DNA of 64,000 nucleotides from an uncultured Planctomycetaceae bacterium. GTDB taxonomy: Bacteria; Planctomycetota; Planctomycetia; Planctomycetales; Planctomycetaceae. The position numbers and the translations under genes were made by a program. Every line of letters starts with the position of its first letter. The stretch's first letter is position 1. Location of the stretch: the NCBI GenBank assembly GCA_963815195.1, contig CAWFGE010000007.1:307051-371050 (forward strand). Reading direction: 5' to 3'. The notes below the pieces were generated by a model. It was not told the origin of the DNA. It saw nothing but the letters and a program-made list of their open reading frames with translations, and made no database searches. This document shows, piece by piece, positions 1-10,199 of the stretch.

Positions 1-64
1 ATTCGAGCCGGTCTCGATCGATCCATAAGCCGGCCTCCGCGAGCCGGACGATCGGAGCGAGTCA

Positions 65-93
65 TTGACCCTGCCTGATTCGCCCACCATAAT
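65..93 (+). promoter_or_regulatory. Putative sigma70-type promoter (TTGACC-N17-CATAAT)
   Basis: TTGACC at 65-70, 17-nt spacer, CATAAT at 88-93, then GAGGAGG RBS and ATG at 132. Confidence 0.55.
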
Positions 94-131
94 GGAGTGG
101 GAATTCTTCCGGCGGGATGAGGAGGTCTGGG

Positions 132-1310
132 ATGGCTCGGTTTGGAATCGCATCGATAATCTTCGCGCTCGCCTTCCTGCCCGCGAAAGCGTGGCCGCAA
201 CACCATCATCAGACGATCCGCTATCCGCGGGTGTACGGAGCCACGGGCCATCTCTACGGGCCGACCCAGGCCTATTATCAATACCAAAGGCAGTACGGGC
301 ATCCCTGGAACGGATATGGCGGGATTACCGCCCCGGCGACCGTGGGCACGGGTTATCAATACGTCAACGGCTATCCCGCCGGCGGGTTGTCCTACGGGTA
401 TCTCGCCTACCAGGGCTACGGCGGTTTCGGGGTCGGCTACGGGGGTTTTGGGGCCGGCTATGGGGGCTATGTCGTGCCGCCGGGCTACAATCCGTTTCCC
501 AGCTACACTCCGCCGGTGCCCACGATGATTTATTCCAACCCTCTGCTGTTGGGCAATGGCGCGCTGAACCCGGGTCTGCCGAATAACGCCGCGTTGAATC
601 AGCCCCTGAATCTGCCGGACGCCCCGGGAGCGAACCTGCCCCCGCCGCCGAGCACGGCGGAAGCGAAACTAAAAAGCGTCCGGGCTCAGGCTCAAGGGGA
701 CATCTGGTTCAAACAGCAAGAGTACCACAAGGCGTTTGACCGCTACAAAGCGGCGGTGTCCGAAGCCCCGGACCGCGGGGCGGCCCATCTTCGCCTGGCG
801 ATTTGCTACGCGGCCCTGGGGCATTTGGATTTGGCGGTGCGGCAGTTGAAGGCGGGTGCGTTCTCGGATCCCAAACTGGCTGCGGACGCCGAACCGCTCA
901 AGGACATCTACGGCGCGCAGAATTCGATTCCGCAAGCCTCGATGGTGCATCGGGCCACGCTGTGGGCCAAGGATGATATCCGCGACCCGGACCGTTTGTT
1001 TCTGTTGGGGGCGATGTTGTATCTCCAGGGCGACGAGCGAGCCGCGATTCCGTTGCAGACGGGAATGGAGCTTCAAGGCGGGGGCGATCACTTCCGCAGT
1101 TTTCTGGTCGCCGCTCAAGCTGCGAAAAACGCGGGAAATCCAGCCGCCGGTTCCGCACCGCATCCCCAAGTCATCGACCAGACTCCGCATCCGCAAACGA
1201 CTCCGCAAAACGGCAACGCCGGGGGCCTGCCGCCGTTGCCCGCGCCGCCGTCCTCCGCACCGGGCAATCTTCCGCAAAATCCCGCCCCGCTGAACCCGAT
1301 CCTTCCCTGA
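132..1310 (+). CDS. Secreted TPR-domain protein with Gly/Tyr-rich and Pro-rich low-complexity regions
   Basis: RBS GAGGAGG before ATG 132; signal peptide MARFGIASIIFALAFLPAKA; G/Y-rich N-terminus; TPR-like helices (GDIWFKQQEYHKAFDRYKAAV...AHLRLAICYAALG). Confidence 0.75.
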   Translation: MARFGIASIIFALAFLPAKAWPQHHHQTIRYPRVYGATGHLYGPTQAYYQYQRQYGHPWNGYGGITAPATVGTGYQYVNGYPAGGLSYGYLAYQGYGGFGVGYGGFGAGYGGYVVPPGYNPFPSYTPPVPTMIYSNPLLLGNGALNPGLPNNAALNQPLNLPDAPGANLPPPPSTAEAKLKSVRAQAQGDIWFKQQEYHKAFDRYKAAVSEAPDRGAAHLRLAICYAALGHLDLAVRQLKAGAFSDPKLAADAEPLKDIYGAQNSIPQASMVHRATLWAKDDIRDPDRLFLLGAMLYLQGDERAAIPLQTGMELQGGGDHFRSFLVAAQAAKNAGNPAAGSAPHPQVIDQTPHPQTTPQNGNAGGLPPLPAPPSSAPGNLPQNPAPLNPILP

Positions 1311-1340
1311 CCGGCCCGATCCTCAAGAAATTTTTTCCGC

Positions 1341-2108
1341 ATGCGCGAACGTCTTTTGGTCACCCTCTGCACCTACAACGAACGGGAAAACATCCGGGGA
1401 CTGATTCCGGAAATCCACAAGCATGCCCCGGACGCGGATGTCTTGGTGATCGACGACAACTCCCCCGACGGCACCGGGGCGTTGGCGGACGACATGAGCC
1501 AGGGCGACGGCCGGATCGCCGTGCTGCATCGGCCGCGGAAAGCCGGTCTGGGGGCCGCGACGCTCGCGGGTTTTCGCCACGCGATCGAGCATGGCTACGA
1601 TTTTGTGATCAACATGGACGCCGACTTCAGCCACCCGCCGAGCGCGATGCCCGCGCTGCGGGCGGCAATGGAAACGGCCGACGTCGCGATCGGCTCCCGG
1701 TACATTCCCGGCGGCGGGATTCGCGGTTGGGGCTGGCTTCGGCATTTCATGAGCCGGGGCGTGAACTGGTACTCCCGGCTGCTATTGGGCCTTCGCACCC
1801 GCGATAACAGCGGCAGTTACCGCTGTTACCGGATTTCCAATCTCGCGGAAATCGATTTCGGCCGCGTGCGATCCAAAGGCTATGCGTTCCAGGAAGAAAT
1901 CCTCTACCGCTGCCGGCGCGCGGGCTGCCAATTCGCGGAAACGCCCATCGTGTTTGAAGACCGCCGGTATGGATCATCCAAAATCAACCTTTGGGAAGTC
2001 CTCACAGCGCTGTGGGTCATCTTCCGCCTGGGCGTGGACAACTTTCTGGGCGTTCCCGTCACCGCCCTGCCCAAAACCGAACCGTCCAATGCGGACAGCG
2101 ATGTTTGA
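1341..2108 (+). CDS. Polyprenol monophosphomannose synthase (GT2, DPM1-like)
   Basis: TYNERENI, VIDDNSPDGT, MDADFSH (DxD), IGSRYIPGG, GYAFQEE motifs. Confidence 0.9.
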   Translation: MRERLLVTLCTYNERENIRGLIPEIHKHAPDADVLVIDDNSPDGTGALADDMSQGDGRIAVLHRPRKAGLGAATLAGFRHAIEHGYDFVINMDADFSHPPSAMPALRAAMETADVAIGSRYIPGGGIRGWGWLRHFMSRGVNWYSRLLLGLRTRDNSGSYRCYRISNLAEIDFGRVRSKGYAFQEEILYRCRRAGCQFAETPIVFEDRRYGSSKINLWEVLTALWVIFRLGVDNFLGVPVTALPKTEPSNADSDV

Positions 2109-2130
2109 GTCCAGATTTCACTCAGAAAAT

Positions 2131-2236
2131 GTGAGCGGCACGGCGTAGCCGCCGGTCTTGATGCTTATCGTTGATCAAAGCCGGCGGCTAGCGCCTTGCG
2201 TTGATCAAAGCCGGCGGCTAGCGCCTTGCCGCTCAC
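2131..2236. repeat. REP-like inverted-repeat element, family A (GTGAGCGG...CCGCTCAC), with a 30-bp tandem duplication of the right arm
   Basis: Left arm gtgagcggcacggcgtagccgccgg; right arm ccggcggctagcgccttgccgctcac; cgttgatcaaagccggcggctagcgccttg repeated at 2169-2198 and 2199-2228; lies between convergent genes. Confidence 0.8.
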
Positions 2237-3064
2237 TCAATCGTGGCTATGTTCCGCCGCGGGGAATTCGCCCGAGAGGACTTCTCGCAGGTAGCGATCG
2301 GTGGCCGCGAGGACGGTGGACTTTAAGTCGGCGTAGCGTTTGAGGAACTTGGGTTCGAAGCCGCTTGTCAGGCCGAGCATATCGCAACTGACGAGCACCT
2401 GCCCGTCGCAATGGGCCCCCGCACCGATGCCGATGGTGGGGATGCTCAATTCCGCCGTGATCGCCTGGGCGATTTTTTGGGGGATCAGTTCCAGAATGAT
2501 CGCGAACGCCCCGGCTTTTTCGGCGGCGCGGGCGTCGGCGAGGAGTTGCTTTTCGTCGCGGGCGATTTTGGCCATCGTGCCCAACTTCCGCACGGACTGC
2601 GGCCGCATGCCGATGTGGGCCATCACCGGCAGGTCGGCCGAGGCGAGGGCTTCCATCGTGCCCGCCTGCTTGACGCCGCCTTCCAACTTGACCGCCGCCG
2701 CCCCGGTCTCCTTCAAAATCCGCCCCGCGTTGCGAATGGCCTGCGTCGGCGACTCCTGAAACGACATAAACGGCATGTCCGCAATGACTAACGCATATTT
2801 CGCCGCGCGGGCCACCATCTCGGTGTGGTAGATGATCTGATCCAGCGTGACGGGCAAGGTGGTGGAGTGCCCCTGCACGACCATCCCCAACGAATCGCCG
2901 ACGAGCAAACTGTCGACGCCCGCCTCATCAAAAATCCCCGCCCAGAGAAAATCGTACGCGGTCAACATCGTCAATTGGCGGCCGTTTTTCTTGGCCGCCT
3001 GAAACCGCGGGATCGTCATCGGCTTGCGAGGCGAGGCGGACGAGGAATCGAGATAGGTGGGCAT
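2237..3064 (-). CDS. panB: 3-methyl-2-oxobutanoate hydroxymethyltransferase
   Basis: MLTAYD, LLVGDSLGM, ADMPFMS, AVKLEGG, TIGIGAG, CDGQVLV motifs; start set at MPTYL rather than the ORF-track start. Confidence 0.95.
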   Translation of the reverse strand: MPTYLDSSSASPRKPMTIPRFQAAKKNGRQLTMLTAYDFLWAGIFDEAGVDSLLVGDSLGMVVQGHSTTLPVTLDQIIYHTEMVARAAKYALVIADMPFMSFQESPTQAIRNAGRILKETGAAAVKLEGGVKQAGTMEALASADLPVMAHIGMRPQSVRKLGTMAKIARDEKQLLADARAAEKAGAFAIILELIPQKIAQAITAELSIPTIGIGAGAHCDGQVLVSCDMLGLTSGFEPKFLKRYADLKSTVLAATDRYLREVLSGEFPAAEHSHD

Positions 3065-3310
3065 GGCGAAGCGGTTTTCCATTCGAGGATTGCGATTCAC
3101 CCCAAGTATCGGATTCGGCCCTCCGCCTGACAAGTGGTTGCACACAGTTTTCGCGGACGCGGCCGGAAGCGAATGACGCAATCTGATCCGCGCAGAATCA
3201 AACACATGTTGCGTTTTGCAACAGCCTTCCCGAGGAAACCCGCGAAGGCGGAATCGGTTGTAATTTTTTCAAATCCCATCTGCCAATGTGTTTGCGTCGA
3301 TATACTAACT

Positions 3311-3439
3311 CCGGGGCGACCTCTTGGCACGAAACATGCTTTCCAATGGGGCAGTCAAAAAGTTAAGCGTTGGCCCGCACTTGCTTTTTGATCAATTTCG
3401 AGCGTCTCAAGCAATTTGTTGTTTGAGACGCTTTTTTTT
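3311..3439 (+). ncRNA. Candidate small structured RNA or attenuator leader
   Basis: TATACT at 3301-3306, then three consecutive hairpins, the last being an intrinsic terminator; no credible ORF. Confidence 0.35.
3401..3439 (+). terminator. Rho-independent terminator
   Basis: 14-bp stem agcgtctcaagcaa/ttgtttgagacgct (one G-U pair), 4-nt loop, followed by 7 T. Confidence 0.75.
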
Positions 3440-3643
3440 GCGCGCACATTCCGATTCGAGGCGTATACATATCTTGTCCGCGCTCTTTCACCTCTCCAAA
3501 TCCGTGGTTGATCACCACACAAACAGATCATCGGCGTCCGCCCCCCCGATTCGCCGGAAGAGGCTTAGAAAACTGTCACGCGCGGCGGAAGTTGTTAGAA
3601 TGAACAAAAACCAATCCGCCGGTCTTTTCACAGGTGCGATCGG

Positions 3644-4831
3644 ATGAAAGTTCTTCTCTCCTTCTGCCTGCTCGCAATCGCCGGGTCTGCCTGGGCGGAG
3701 GAACCGGTTCTGAATCGCCCGGTTCCCGATCGGCTGACTGGGGCCCCCCTGCGGAAGGCGCTCGCGACGTACTTCAGTTCCTCATGGGAGAACGAGGAAC
3801 TGCGGATCATTCTCCATCGGCTGGCAGACGAGTATAAAACCGCCGTGCTTCTCGATCGCAGCCTCGATCCCAATCAAAAATTGACCCTGGATATTGGCTA
3901 CCAAGCGCTGTCGTCGGGCTTCGGGGCGGTGGCTCAATCCGCGTCCGCGGGGCTGTGCCTGGCCGGGAACACCATGTACATCGGCCCGCCCGAGCGTGCC
4001 GCGAAGCTCCGGACGCTGATGTCCCTGCGATCGCAAGAGCCGATCGCCGCGGAAGCCAAGCTCCCGCCCGGACGCGGTTTGGCGCTGTCGCGGGTCGAGA
4101 CGGTGCATTGGAACGATCTGGACGAACCGAAGCGGATCGCGATCGATTTGGCGAAGCGGGCCGGCGTGAGCATCGTCAATCCCGAAGCCATTCCGTACGA
4201 CCTCTGGGCGTCGGCCACGATTCCACAAGCCAGCTTCGCGGAAGCGATGTCGCTGATTTTGATTCAATTCGATCTCACGTTCGCCTGGAACGCGGACACG
4301 ACGAAAATCCAACTGGTTCCGGTCCCCAAGAGCGTGGGCGTGGAAAAATCCTATTCGCCAGCCGGCGGTCCGAGCCAGCGGGCGTCCGCCGCGGTTCGAG
4401 AGCGGTTCCTCGAAAGCGTCGCCAAAGCCTACAATCAGCAATTCCCCGGCATCACTTGCCGGGTGGATGTGGAGCACCATCAGATCTGGATCAAAGCCAC
4501 TCTGGAACAGCACGAGGCCCTCAGAAACGCCGGCCAGGCCAAGCCCCAAGCCAACCCCCCCGCGGCCAAGGTCCCCCCGGTCCGCCGGCGGGAATTTACG
4601 CTCCGCATCGAACAAGTGAAGGCCGGCGACCTGTTCAAGAAACTCGAAGAGACGGGCATCAACATGAAATATGATTCCCGGCAACTCGCCGCGAAGGGCA
4701 TCGATCTCGAACAGCGGATTAACATCGATGTGGAAAAAGCGAAGGCCGACGAGTTCTTTCGCACGATCTGCGATCCCTTAGGGCTGAAGTTCGCGATCGA
4801 CAACCTGACCGTGACGCTTACGCCGAAGTGA
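3644..4831 (+). CDS. Secreted hypothetical protein with STN (secretin/TonB N-terminal)-like repeats
   Basis: Signal peptide ending SAWA; repeated LxxILxxLA...LDxxxDPNQKLTL and C-terminal IDLEQRINIDVE...LGLKFAI segments. Confidence 0.65.
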   Translation: MKVLLSFCLLAIAGSAWAEEPVLNRPVPDRLTGAPLRKALATYFSSSWENEELRIILHRLADEYKTAVLLDRSLDPNQKLTLDIGYQALSSGFGAVAQSASAGLCLAGNTMYIGPPERAAKLRTLMSLRSQEPIAAEAKLPPGRGLALSRVETVHWNDLDEPKRIAIDLAKRAGVSIVNPEAIPYDLWASATIPQASFAEAMSLILIQFDLTFAWNADTTKIQLVPVPKSVGVEKSYSPAGGPSQRASAAVRERFLESVAKAYNQQFPGITCRVDVEHHQIWIKATLEQHEALRNAGQAKPQANPPAAKVPPVRRREFTLRIEQVKAGDLFKKLEETGINMKYDSRQLAAKGIDLEQRINIDVEKAKADEFFRTICDPLGLKFAIDNLTVTLTPK

Positions 4832-4887
4832 CGCTCATCATCCAGCGGGTTCTGGCTCGGCGCAAATCGATTTTATCGACACAACCG

Positions 4888-6064
4888 CTAACCCGGGGCC
4901 GCCAATCGCTTGAGCGCCTGATCCAGATGAAACCGCTCCACGCCCATCGCGGATTTGAGTTCCCGGGCCCTCTTTTCCGCTTCTTCTGACGCAGGCGACA
5001 CCCCGTCCCGGCGGACGGCCCGGATGAGCACGTTTTTCGCGGTGTGCTCCATGTCGATGAACTCCACAACCTGCACCTTGTAACCCAGGCGTTCGAGGGC
5101 TTGGGCGCGGAGGGCGTCGGTCAAGATCGCGGCCAGGCGGTCTTTGAGGATCCCATGCTGCGTGACCGCCGGCAAAAACTCCGCCGGAAGTTTCGATGCA
5201 ATCTCGTGCTGACAACAAGGCACGGCGAGAATGACCTCGGCGTTCCAGGCGACGGCTTTGGCGATCGCCTCATCGGTCGCCGTGTCACAGGCATGCAGCG
5301 ACACCGCGAGATGCACGCGGTCTTCCTCATGTTCCCCAATGTCGCCCACGCGAAATTCCAGACCCGCCAGGTTCAGACGGTCCGCGATTTTTTGACAATC
5401 CCGAATCACGCCAGCTTTAAGGTCCAGGCCCACGATCCGCACCTCCCGCTGATGGATGTTCGTCAGCAAATGATGGAGCGCGAACGTGAGGTAACTCTTC
5501 CCGCAGCCAAAATCCACGACGTTCAAAACCCCCTCGCGGGGCAGGTGGGGAATCACATCGTTCACCAGTTCGAGATACCGGTTGATCTGGCGGAATTTTT
5601 TGTAGCGGCTGGCTTTGACGCCGCCGGCGGTGGTCATCACCCCGATCTCGGCCAGAAACGGGCAGGGCTGGTTATCGGGAATCAGATACTGCTTGGCCCG
5701 GTTGTGGGGTTCCTCGCCAGCGGGCTTTTGTTTGCTCGGCGGGGACGTGGTGATTTTCACTCGGCCTTTGCGGTTCACGCGGGCGGCATAATCGGCCTGC
5801 GACGTGAACACATGCCCGTCGGCAAAAACCTCCCCAAACAGCCGTCCCGCCTTGGCGAGAGTTTCCTCCGGCGAGAGATTTTCATGGATCTCCTGCCCGT
5901 TCCTGCGCGGCCCATTGGTAATGCCGGCGTCCGCGAAGCTCCACCGGCCGCACAGTCCATTTGTCCTCGGACACCGCGCACGCCGCGCAGGGTTTGCTGA
6001 GCACCAGCCCCAGCAAATCCTCCTCCGCCAACGCGGTTTTCAAAATGTCTTCAAACCGTTGCAT
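4888..6064 (-). CDS. SAM-dependent methyltransferase (Methyltransf_32-like), frameshifted near 5905
   Basis: KKFRQINRYLE, VVDFGCGKSYLTFA, SLHACDTATD, VPCCQHE, EHTAKN; the N-terminal ORF 5882-6064 joins the main frame at ...GQEIHENLS. Confidence 0.85.
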
Positions 6065-6168
6065 GCTGGTATTAAGCGGTAGGCGTTGAAAGAACCGACG
6101 AGTCGTCTCAATGATCCATTAGATCATAGCCGCAAACCAAATCGAGGGAAGCAACAGGATTCGTATTA

Positions 6169-6220
6169 GCCCGAACCGCCAGCGAGGGAATAGGTTACCC
6201 GCCTCGCTGGCGGTTCGGGC
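6169..6220. repeat. REP-like hairpin (19-bp perfect inverted repeat)
   Basis: gcccgaaccgccagcgagg at 6169-6187 and cctcgctggcggttcgggc at 6202-6220. Confidence 0.8.
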
Positions 6221-6278
6221 GAAGTGAGAATCACGCAAAACGTATGCCTCTCGTCAAATTTCCTTGCGGAATGTCCGC

Positions 6279-6307
6279 TTGTTGAGGAAGGGGGCGGCGT
6301 CTATACT
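6279..6307 (+). promoter_or_regulatory. Possible sigma70 promoter (TTGTTG-N17-TATACT)
   Basis: Spacing and -10 match upstream of ATG 6370. Confidence 0.3.
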
Positions 6308-6369
6308 TCCAGTGTTCGCCCGACTTCAAGCGGGCCGGTTTTTTGATTGAAAAAATGGGTGGATTTACG

Positions 6370-7842
6370 ATGACCAAACGAATTCTTGCAGCCTTGAGCA
6401 CCGTGTGTTTGATCGCATTGGGCGGTTGGCTGCTGCTGCGAACCGAGCCCGCCGTCGCCGCCAAACCCGATTGGCTCACCGATCTCGCCCAGGCCCAAAA
6501 AATCGCGGCCAAGGAAAACAAGGACCTGTTGATCAACTTCACAGGCTCGGACTGGTGCGGCTGGTGCATCCGGCTGCGGGAAGAAGTCTTCGACAAGCCC
6601 GGCTTCGAAAAAGCCAACGACAATTTCGTCATGGTCGTGATGGATTTTCCGTCCGACGAAACCCTCGTCCCGCCCAAGACCCGCGAGCAGAACGAAATCT
6701 GGAGCAATCGCTTCGGCGTCCAAGGCTTTCCGACGATCGTCCTCGCCGATGCCCAGGCCCGGCCGTATGGCACGTTGGGCTACACCCCCGGCGGCCCCAA
6801 GGCGTTTTTAGCCGAGTTGGATCAAGCCCAAAAAATCCGCCAATCCCGCGACGAGATTCTGGCCCAGGCGGACAAAGCCCAAGGCGTCGCCAAGGCCAAG
6901 CTGCTCGATAAAGCCCTGGAAAAAATCCCCGCCAACTACCGCCTGCCGATGTACAACAGCCAGGTGAAGGACATCATCGCCCTCGACACTCAGAACCAGG
7001 CCGGACTCAAATCCCAATACACCAAAGTCCTGCAGGAAGCGGAAGCCGAGGAATTCCTGAAAAAACTCCAGCAAGCCGTCCAAGTGGCGTATGAAAAAGA
7101 CGGCCAGGATGCGGCCCTCAAACTGGTGGCCGATGCCCTCAACAGCAAAAACGCCCAGTCCAACCCGGTGCTGCGGAGCCAACTCGCCAATGCGGAAGTG
7201 AATCTGCTCGTGTCGTTCGAGAAAACGAACCAAGCGCTGGCGAAGCTGGAAGCGCTGGTCGCAGACAAATCCGTGTCCAAAGAGGATCGAAAAACGTTCC
7301 GCCAATTAGAGGCCCAGTTGCTCAAGGACTCGGGCCAGACCGAAGCAGCCCTCAAAGTCTATGACGCCCTGCTCGCCGATGCGGATGCCGCGCCGGGCGA
7401 GATTTTAAAATATCTGACCGACAAGGCGGAAGTCCTGGCGGGGGCGGATCGGCCGAAAGAAGCGCTGGACGCGTACAACGCGGCCCTCAAGAAAACGAAG
7501 AAAGGCACCGACGAATGGCTGATCGTGCAGGTCAGCCGCGGCGATTTGCTCGCGAAATCCGAGCAGCCGAAACAAGCCGCGGGCGTGTTTGACGAGATGT
7601 TGACCTTGGAAACGCTGCAACCGATTCAAGAGGCGATGCTGCTGGTCCGCTCCGCCGAAGCCCACCACGCCGCCGGGCAAACCAAGGAAACGGAAACGCT
7701 AAGCCAAAAGGCGAACAAGATTTTGAAAGACCTCGCCAAAGCCGAGAAATACCCGCCGCAACTCTTGGAAGAACTCCAAGGCCGCGTGGACGCGCTCGGC
7801 AAGAAAGAGGACACGTCGAAGGCGGAGAAAAAGTCGGAATAA
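6370..7842 (+). CDS. Exported thioredoxin-fold (CxxC) protein with C-terminal TPR-like helical repeats
   Basis: Signal/anchor peptide; INFTGSDWCGWC; VQGFPT cis-Pro loop; helical repeat C-terminus. Confidence 0.85.
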   Translation: MTKRILAALSTVCLIALGGWLLLRTEPAVAAKPDWLTDLAQAQKIAAKENKDLLINFTGSDWCGWCIRLREEVFDKPGFEKANDNFVMVVMDFPSDETLVPPKTREQNEIWSNRFGVQGFPTIVLADAQARPYGTLGYTPGGPKAFLAELDQAQKIRQSRDEILAQADKAQGVAKAKLLDKALEKIPANYRLPMYNSQVKDIIALDTQNQAGLKSQYTKVLQEAEAEEFLKKLQQAVQVAYEKDGQDAALKLVADALNSKNAQSNPVLRSQLANAEVNLLVSFEKTNQALAKLEALVADKSVSKEDRKTFRQLEAQLLKDSGQTEAALKVYDALLADADAAPGEILKYLTDKAEVLAGADRPKEALDAYNAALKKTKKGTDEWLIVQVSRGDLLAKSEQPKQAAGVFDEMLTLETLQPIQEAMLLVRSAEAHHAAGQTKETETLSQKANKILKDLAKAEKYPPQLLEELQGRVDALGKKEDTSKAEKKSE

Positions 7843-7877
7843 TCGAAAACCGTGAGCAAGCGAGACGAGGTGGGCAG

Positions 7878-8219
7878 ATGCTTCCCAGATGCATTGTGCT
7901 TCAAACGCCGGCTTCTGACCATCTGGGCTTCCTGCTGCTCGTACCCGGTGACCTCACGCATGGAGATTGTATTTTCAGCATTATTCCCAAAAACCCCGCC
8001 GTGTTTGACCACCCATCGGCGCAACAATTGTTTCCACGCCGCGATGTTGGCGAAAGCCGTTACACGCTCGATTGCCAATCCGGTTTCCAATTACGGATTG
8101 TCTCTGCCGGTTTGCCGGATCTCATTATCGAACTCGACGAAAATGGGAAGGGCATTTGGCGCGATGATGTCCCTGAAACGAATGGCGGCTGTGCATTGAT
8201 CCCGACTCAAACCGAGTAA
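7878..8219 (+). CDS. Small hypothetical protein (orphan)
   Basis: GAGGTG RBS-like sequence before ATG; fills the gap between co-oriented genes; lower GC than its flanks by eye. Confidence 0.4.
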   Translation: MLPRCIVLQTPASDHLGFLLLVPGDLTHGDCIFSIIPKNPAVFDHPSAQQLFPRRDVGESRYTLDCQSGFQLRIVSAGLPDLIIELDENGKGIWRDDVPETNGGCALIPTQTE

Positions 8220-8321
8220 CTGATTAACGCCGCTCTCGCCAATTCATGATCTTGCCGCTAGAAATGCCGATGTTCTCGGCGCTGTTTCCACACTCTTTTT
8301 ACGAATTTCCCCCAACAGGCA

Positions 8322-9995
8322 ATGTCACAACAGTATATCTTTACCATCGAAGGCCTCACCAAGCAGTTTGGTGAGAAGGAAGTTCTGCACAACATCTGGC
8401 TGGCGTTTTATCCCGGCGCGAAGATCGGCGTATTGGGCAACAACGGGGCGGGGAAAAGCTCGCTCCTGAAGATCATGGCCCTCGAAGACACCGACTTCAT
8501 GGGCACCGCCCGGCCGATGAAGGGGATTCGCATCGGCTATTTCCCGCAGGAGCCCCGGCTCGACCGTTGGGAAACCGTTGAGGAGTGCATTCAAGATGCG
8601 GTCGGGGAATCGCAGGCGATTCTCGACCGCTACAACGACATCAACATGAAACTCTGCGAAGACCTCTCGCCCGAGGAGATGGAAAAGCTGCTCGAAGAGC
8701 AGGCCAAGGTGCAGGATCAAATCGACGCCGCGAATTTGTGGGAACTGGACCGCCTGGTCGAGATGGCGATGGATGCGATGCGGCTGCCGCCCGGCGATGC
8801 GAAAATCGACCACCTCTCCGGCGGCGAGAAGCGGCGGGTCGCCTTGTGCCGCTTGGTGCTGCAAACGCCGGATATGCTGCTCCTCGATGAGCCGACGAAC
8901 CACCTCGACGCCGAGTCCGTGGCTTGGCTCGAGCGGTATCTGCACGAATTCCCCGGCACCGTCGTCGCGGTCACGCACGACCGGTATTTTCTGGACAACG
9001 TCGCCGGCTGGATTTTGGAACTCGACCGCGGCCACGGCTATCCGTACGAGGGGAACTACACATCCTGGCTCGAACAAAAGCAGGCCCGGCTCGCGGTGGA
9101 GCAAAAACGCGAAAGCCGTCGGCAAAAAGAACTCGCCCGCGAACTCGAATGGGTCCGCATGTCGCCCAAAGCCCGGCAATCCAAAAACCGGGCGAGACTC
9201 CAGCGGTACGAACAACTTGCGGCCCAAGCCTACGATGCCCGCGACGAGGCCCCGGACATCCAAATCCCCGTGGCCCGGCCGCTCTCCGATCTGGTCGTGC
9301 GGGCGGAGAACGTTTCCAAGGCCTTCGGCGATAAGCTGCTGTTCGAGAACTTGAATTTCGATCTGCCCCGCGGCGGGATCGTCGGCGTGATCGGTCCCAA
9401 TGGGGCCGGCAAGACGACGCTGTTCAAAATGATCGTCGGGCAGGAAAAACCCACCCGCGGCGAGTTGCGGATGGGCGATTCGGTCGAATTGTCTTACGTC
9501 GATCAAACCCGCGATGCTTTGAACGATGACAAAACCGTCTACGAGGAAATCTCCGGCGGCGTCGATCAACTCGACGTGGGCGGCGTGCGGATTCACGCCC
9601 GGGCCTACTGCGGGCGGTTCAATTTCAAAGGCCCGGACCAGCAAAAGAAAGTCGGCAAGCTCTCCGGCGGGGAACGCAACCGCGTGCACCTGGCGAAGTT
9701 GTTGCGGTCGGGCGGCAATTTGCTGCTGTTGGACGAACCCTCGAACGATCTCGATGTGGACACCCTGCGGGCGCTCGAAGAGGGCCTGATGAACTTCGGC
9801 GGCTGCGCAATGGTCACCAGCCACGACCGCTGGTTCCTGGACCGCATCGCCACGCACATTCTCGCGTTTGAAGGCGACAGCCAGGCGGTTTGGCACGAAG
9901 GCAACTACGAAAGCTACGAAGCCGACCGCCACGCCCGCCTGGGCGAAGACGCCGACCGCCCGCACCGCGTCCGCTACCGCCCCGTGGCGCACTGA
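8322..9995 (+). CDS. ettA: Energy-dependent translational throttle protein EttA (ABC-F)
   Basis: [80 protein letters not shown]. Confidence 0.96.
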   Translation: MSQQYIFTIEGLTKQFGEKEVLHNIWLAFYPGAKIGVLGNNGAGKSSLLKIMALEDTDFMGTARPMKGIRIGYFPQEPRLDRWETVEECIQDAVGESQAILDRYNDINMKLCEDLSPEEMEKLLEEQAKVQDQIDAANLWELDRLVEMAMDAMRLPPGDAKIDHLSGGEKRRVALCRLVLQTPDMLLLDEPTNHLDAESVAWLERYLHEFPGTVVAVTHDRYFLDNVAGWILELDRGHGYPYEGNYTSWLEQKQARLAVEQKRESRRQKELARELEWVRMSPKARQSKNRARLQRYEQLAAQAYDARDEAPDIQIPVARPLSDLVVRAENVSKAFGDKLLFENLNFDLPRGGIVGVIGPNGAGKTTLFKMIVGQEKPTRGELRMGDSVELSYVDQTRDALNDDKTVYEEISGGVDQLDVGGVRIHARAYCGRFNFKGPDQQKKVGKLSGGERNRVHLAKLLRSGGNLLLLDEPSNDLDVDTLRALEEGLMNFGGCAMVTSHDRWFLDRIATHILAFEGDSQAVWHEGNYESYEADRHARLGEDADRPHRVRYRPVAH

Positions 9996-10199
9996 GTCTT
10001 GTGCCACGGGCATTTGCGAAGAATCTTCGCAGACGGGGTAGGCAAAGCAGGGAGAAATTGGGTAGGCTTGAGGACTGCGCGAAATTTGGGAATGTCTTCT
10101 TCAATTTCCGCGGTCGAGACTTTTCACATTTGGCGATGACGGCCAATCGCATACAATGGGAATTTTGCATCTGGGAACCTAACGGGCAGGGAGCCGTTT

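Noticed and set aside
3065..3300. pan RNA motif or known riboswitch upstream of panB
   Set aside because: Only short hairpins (gccttc/gaaggc; tgttgc/gcaaca); no family consensus recognisable by eye
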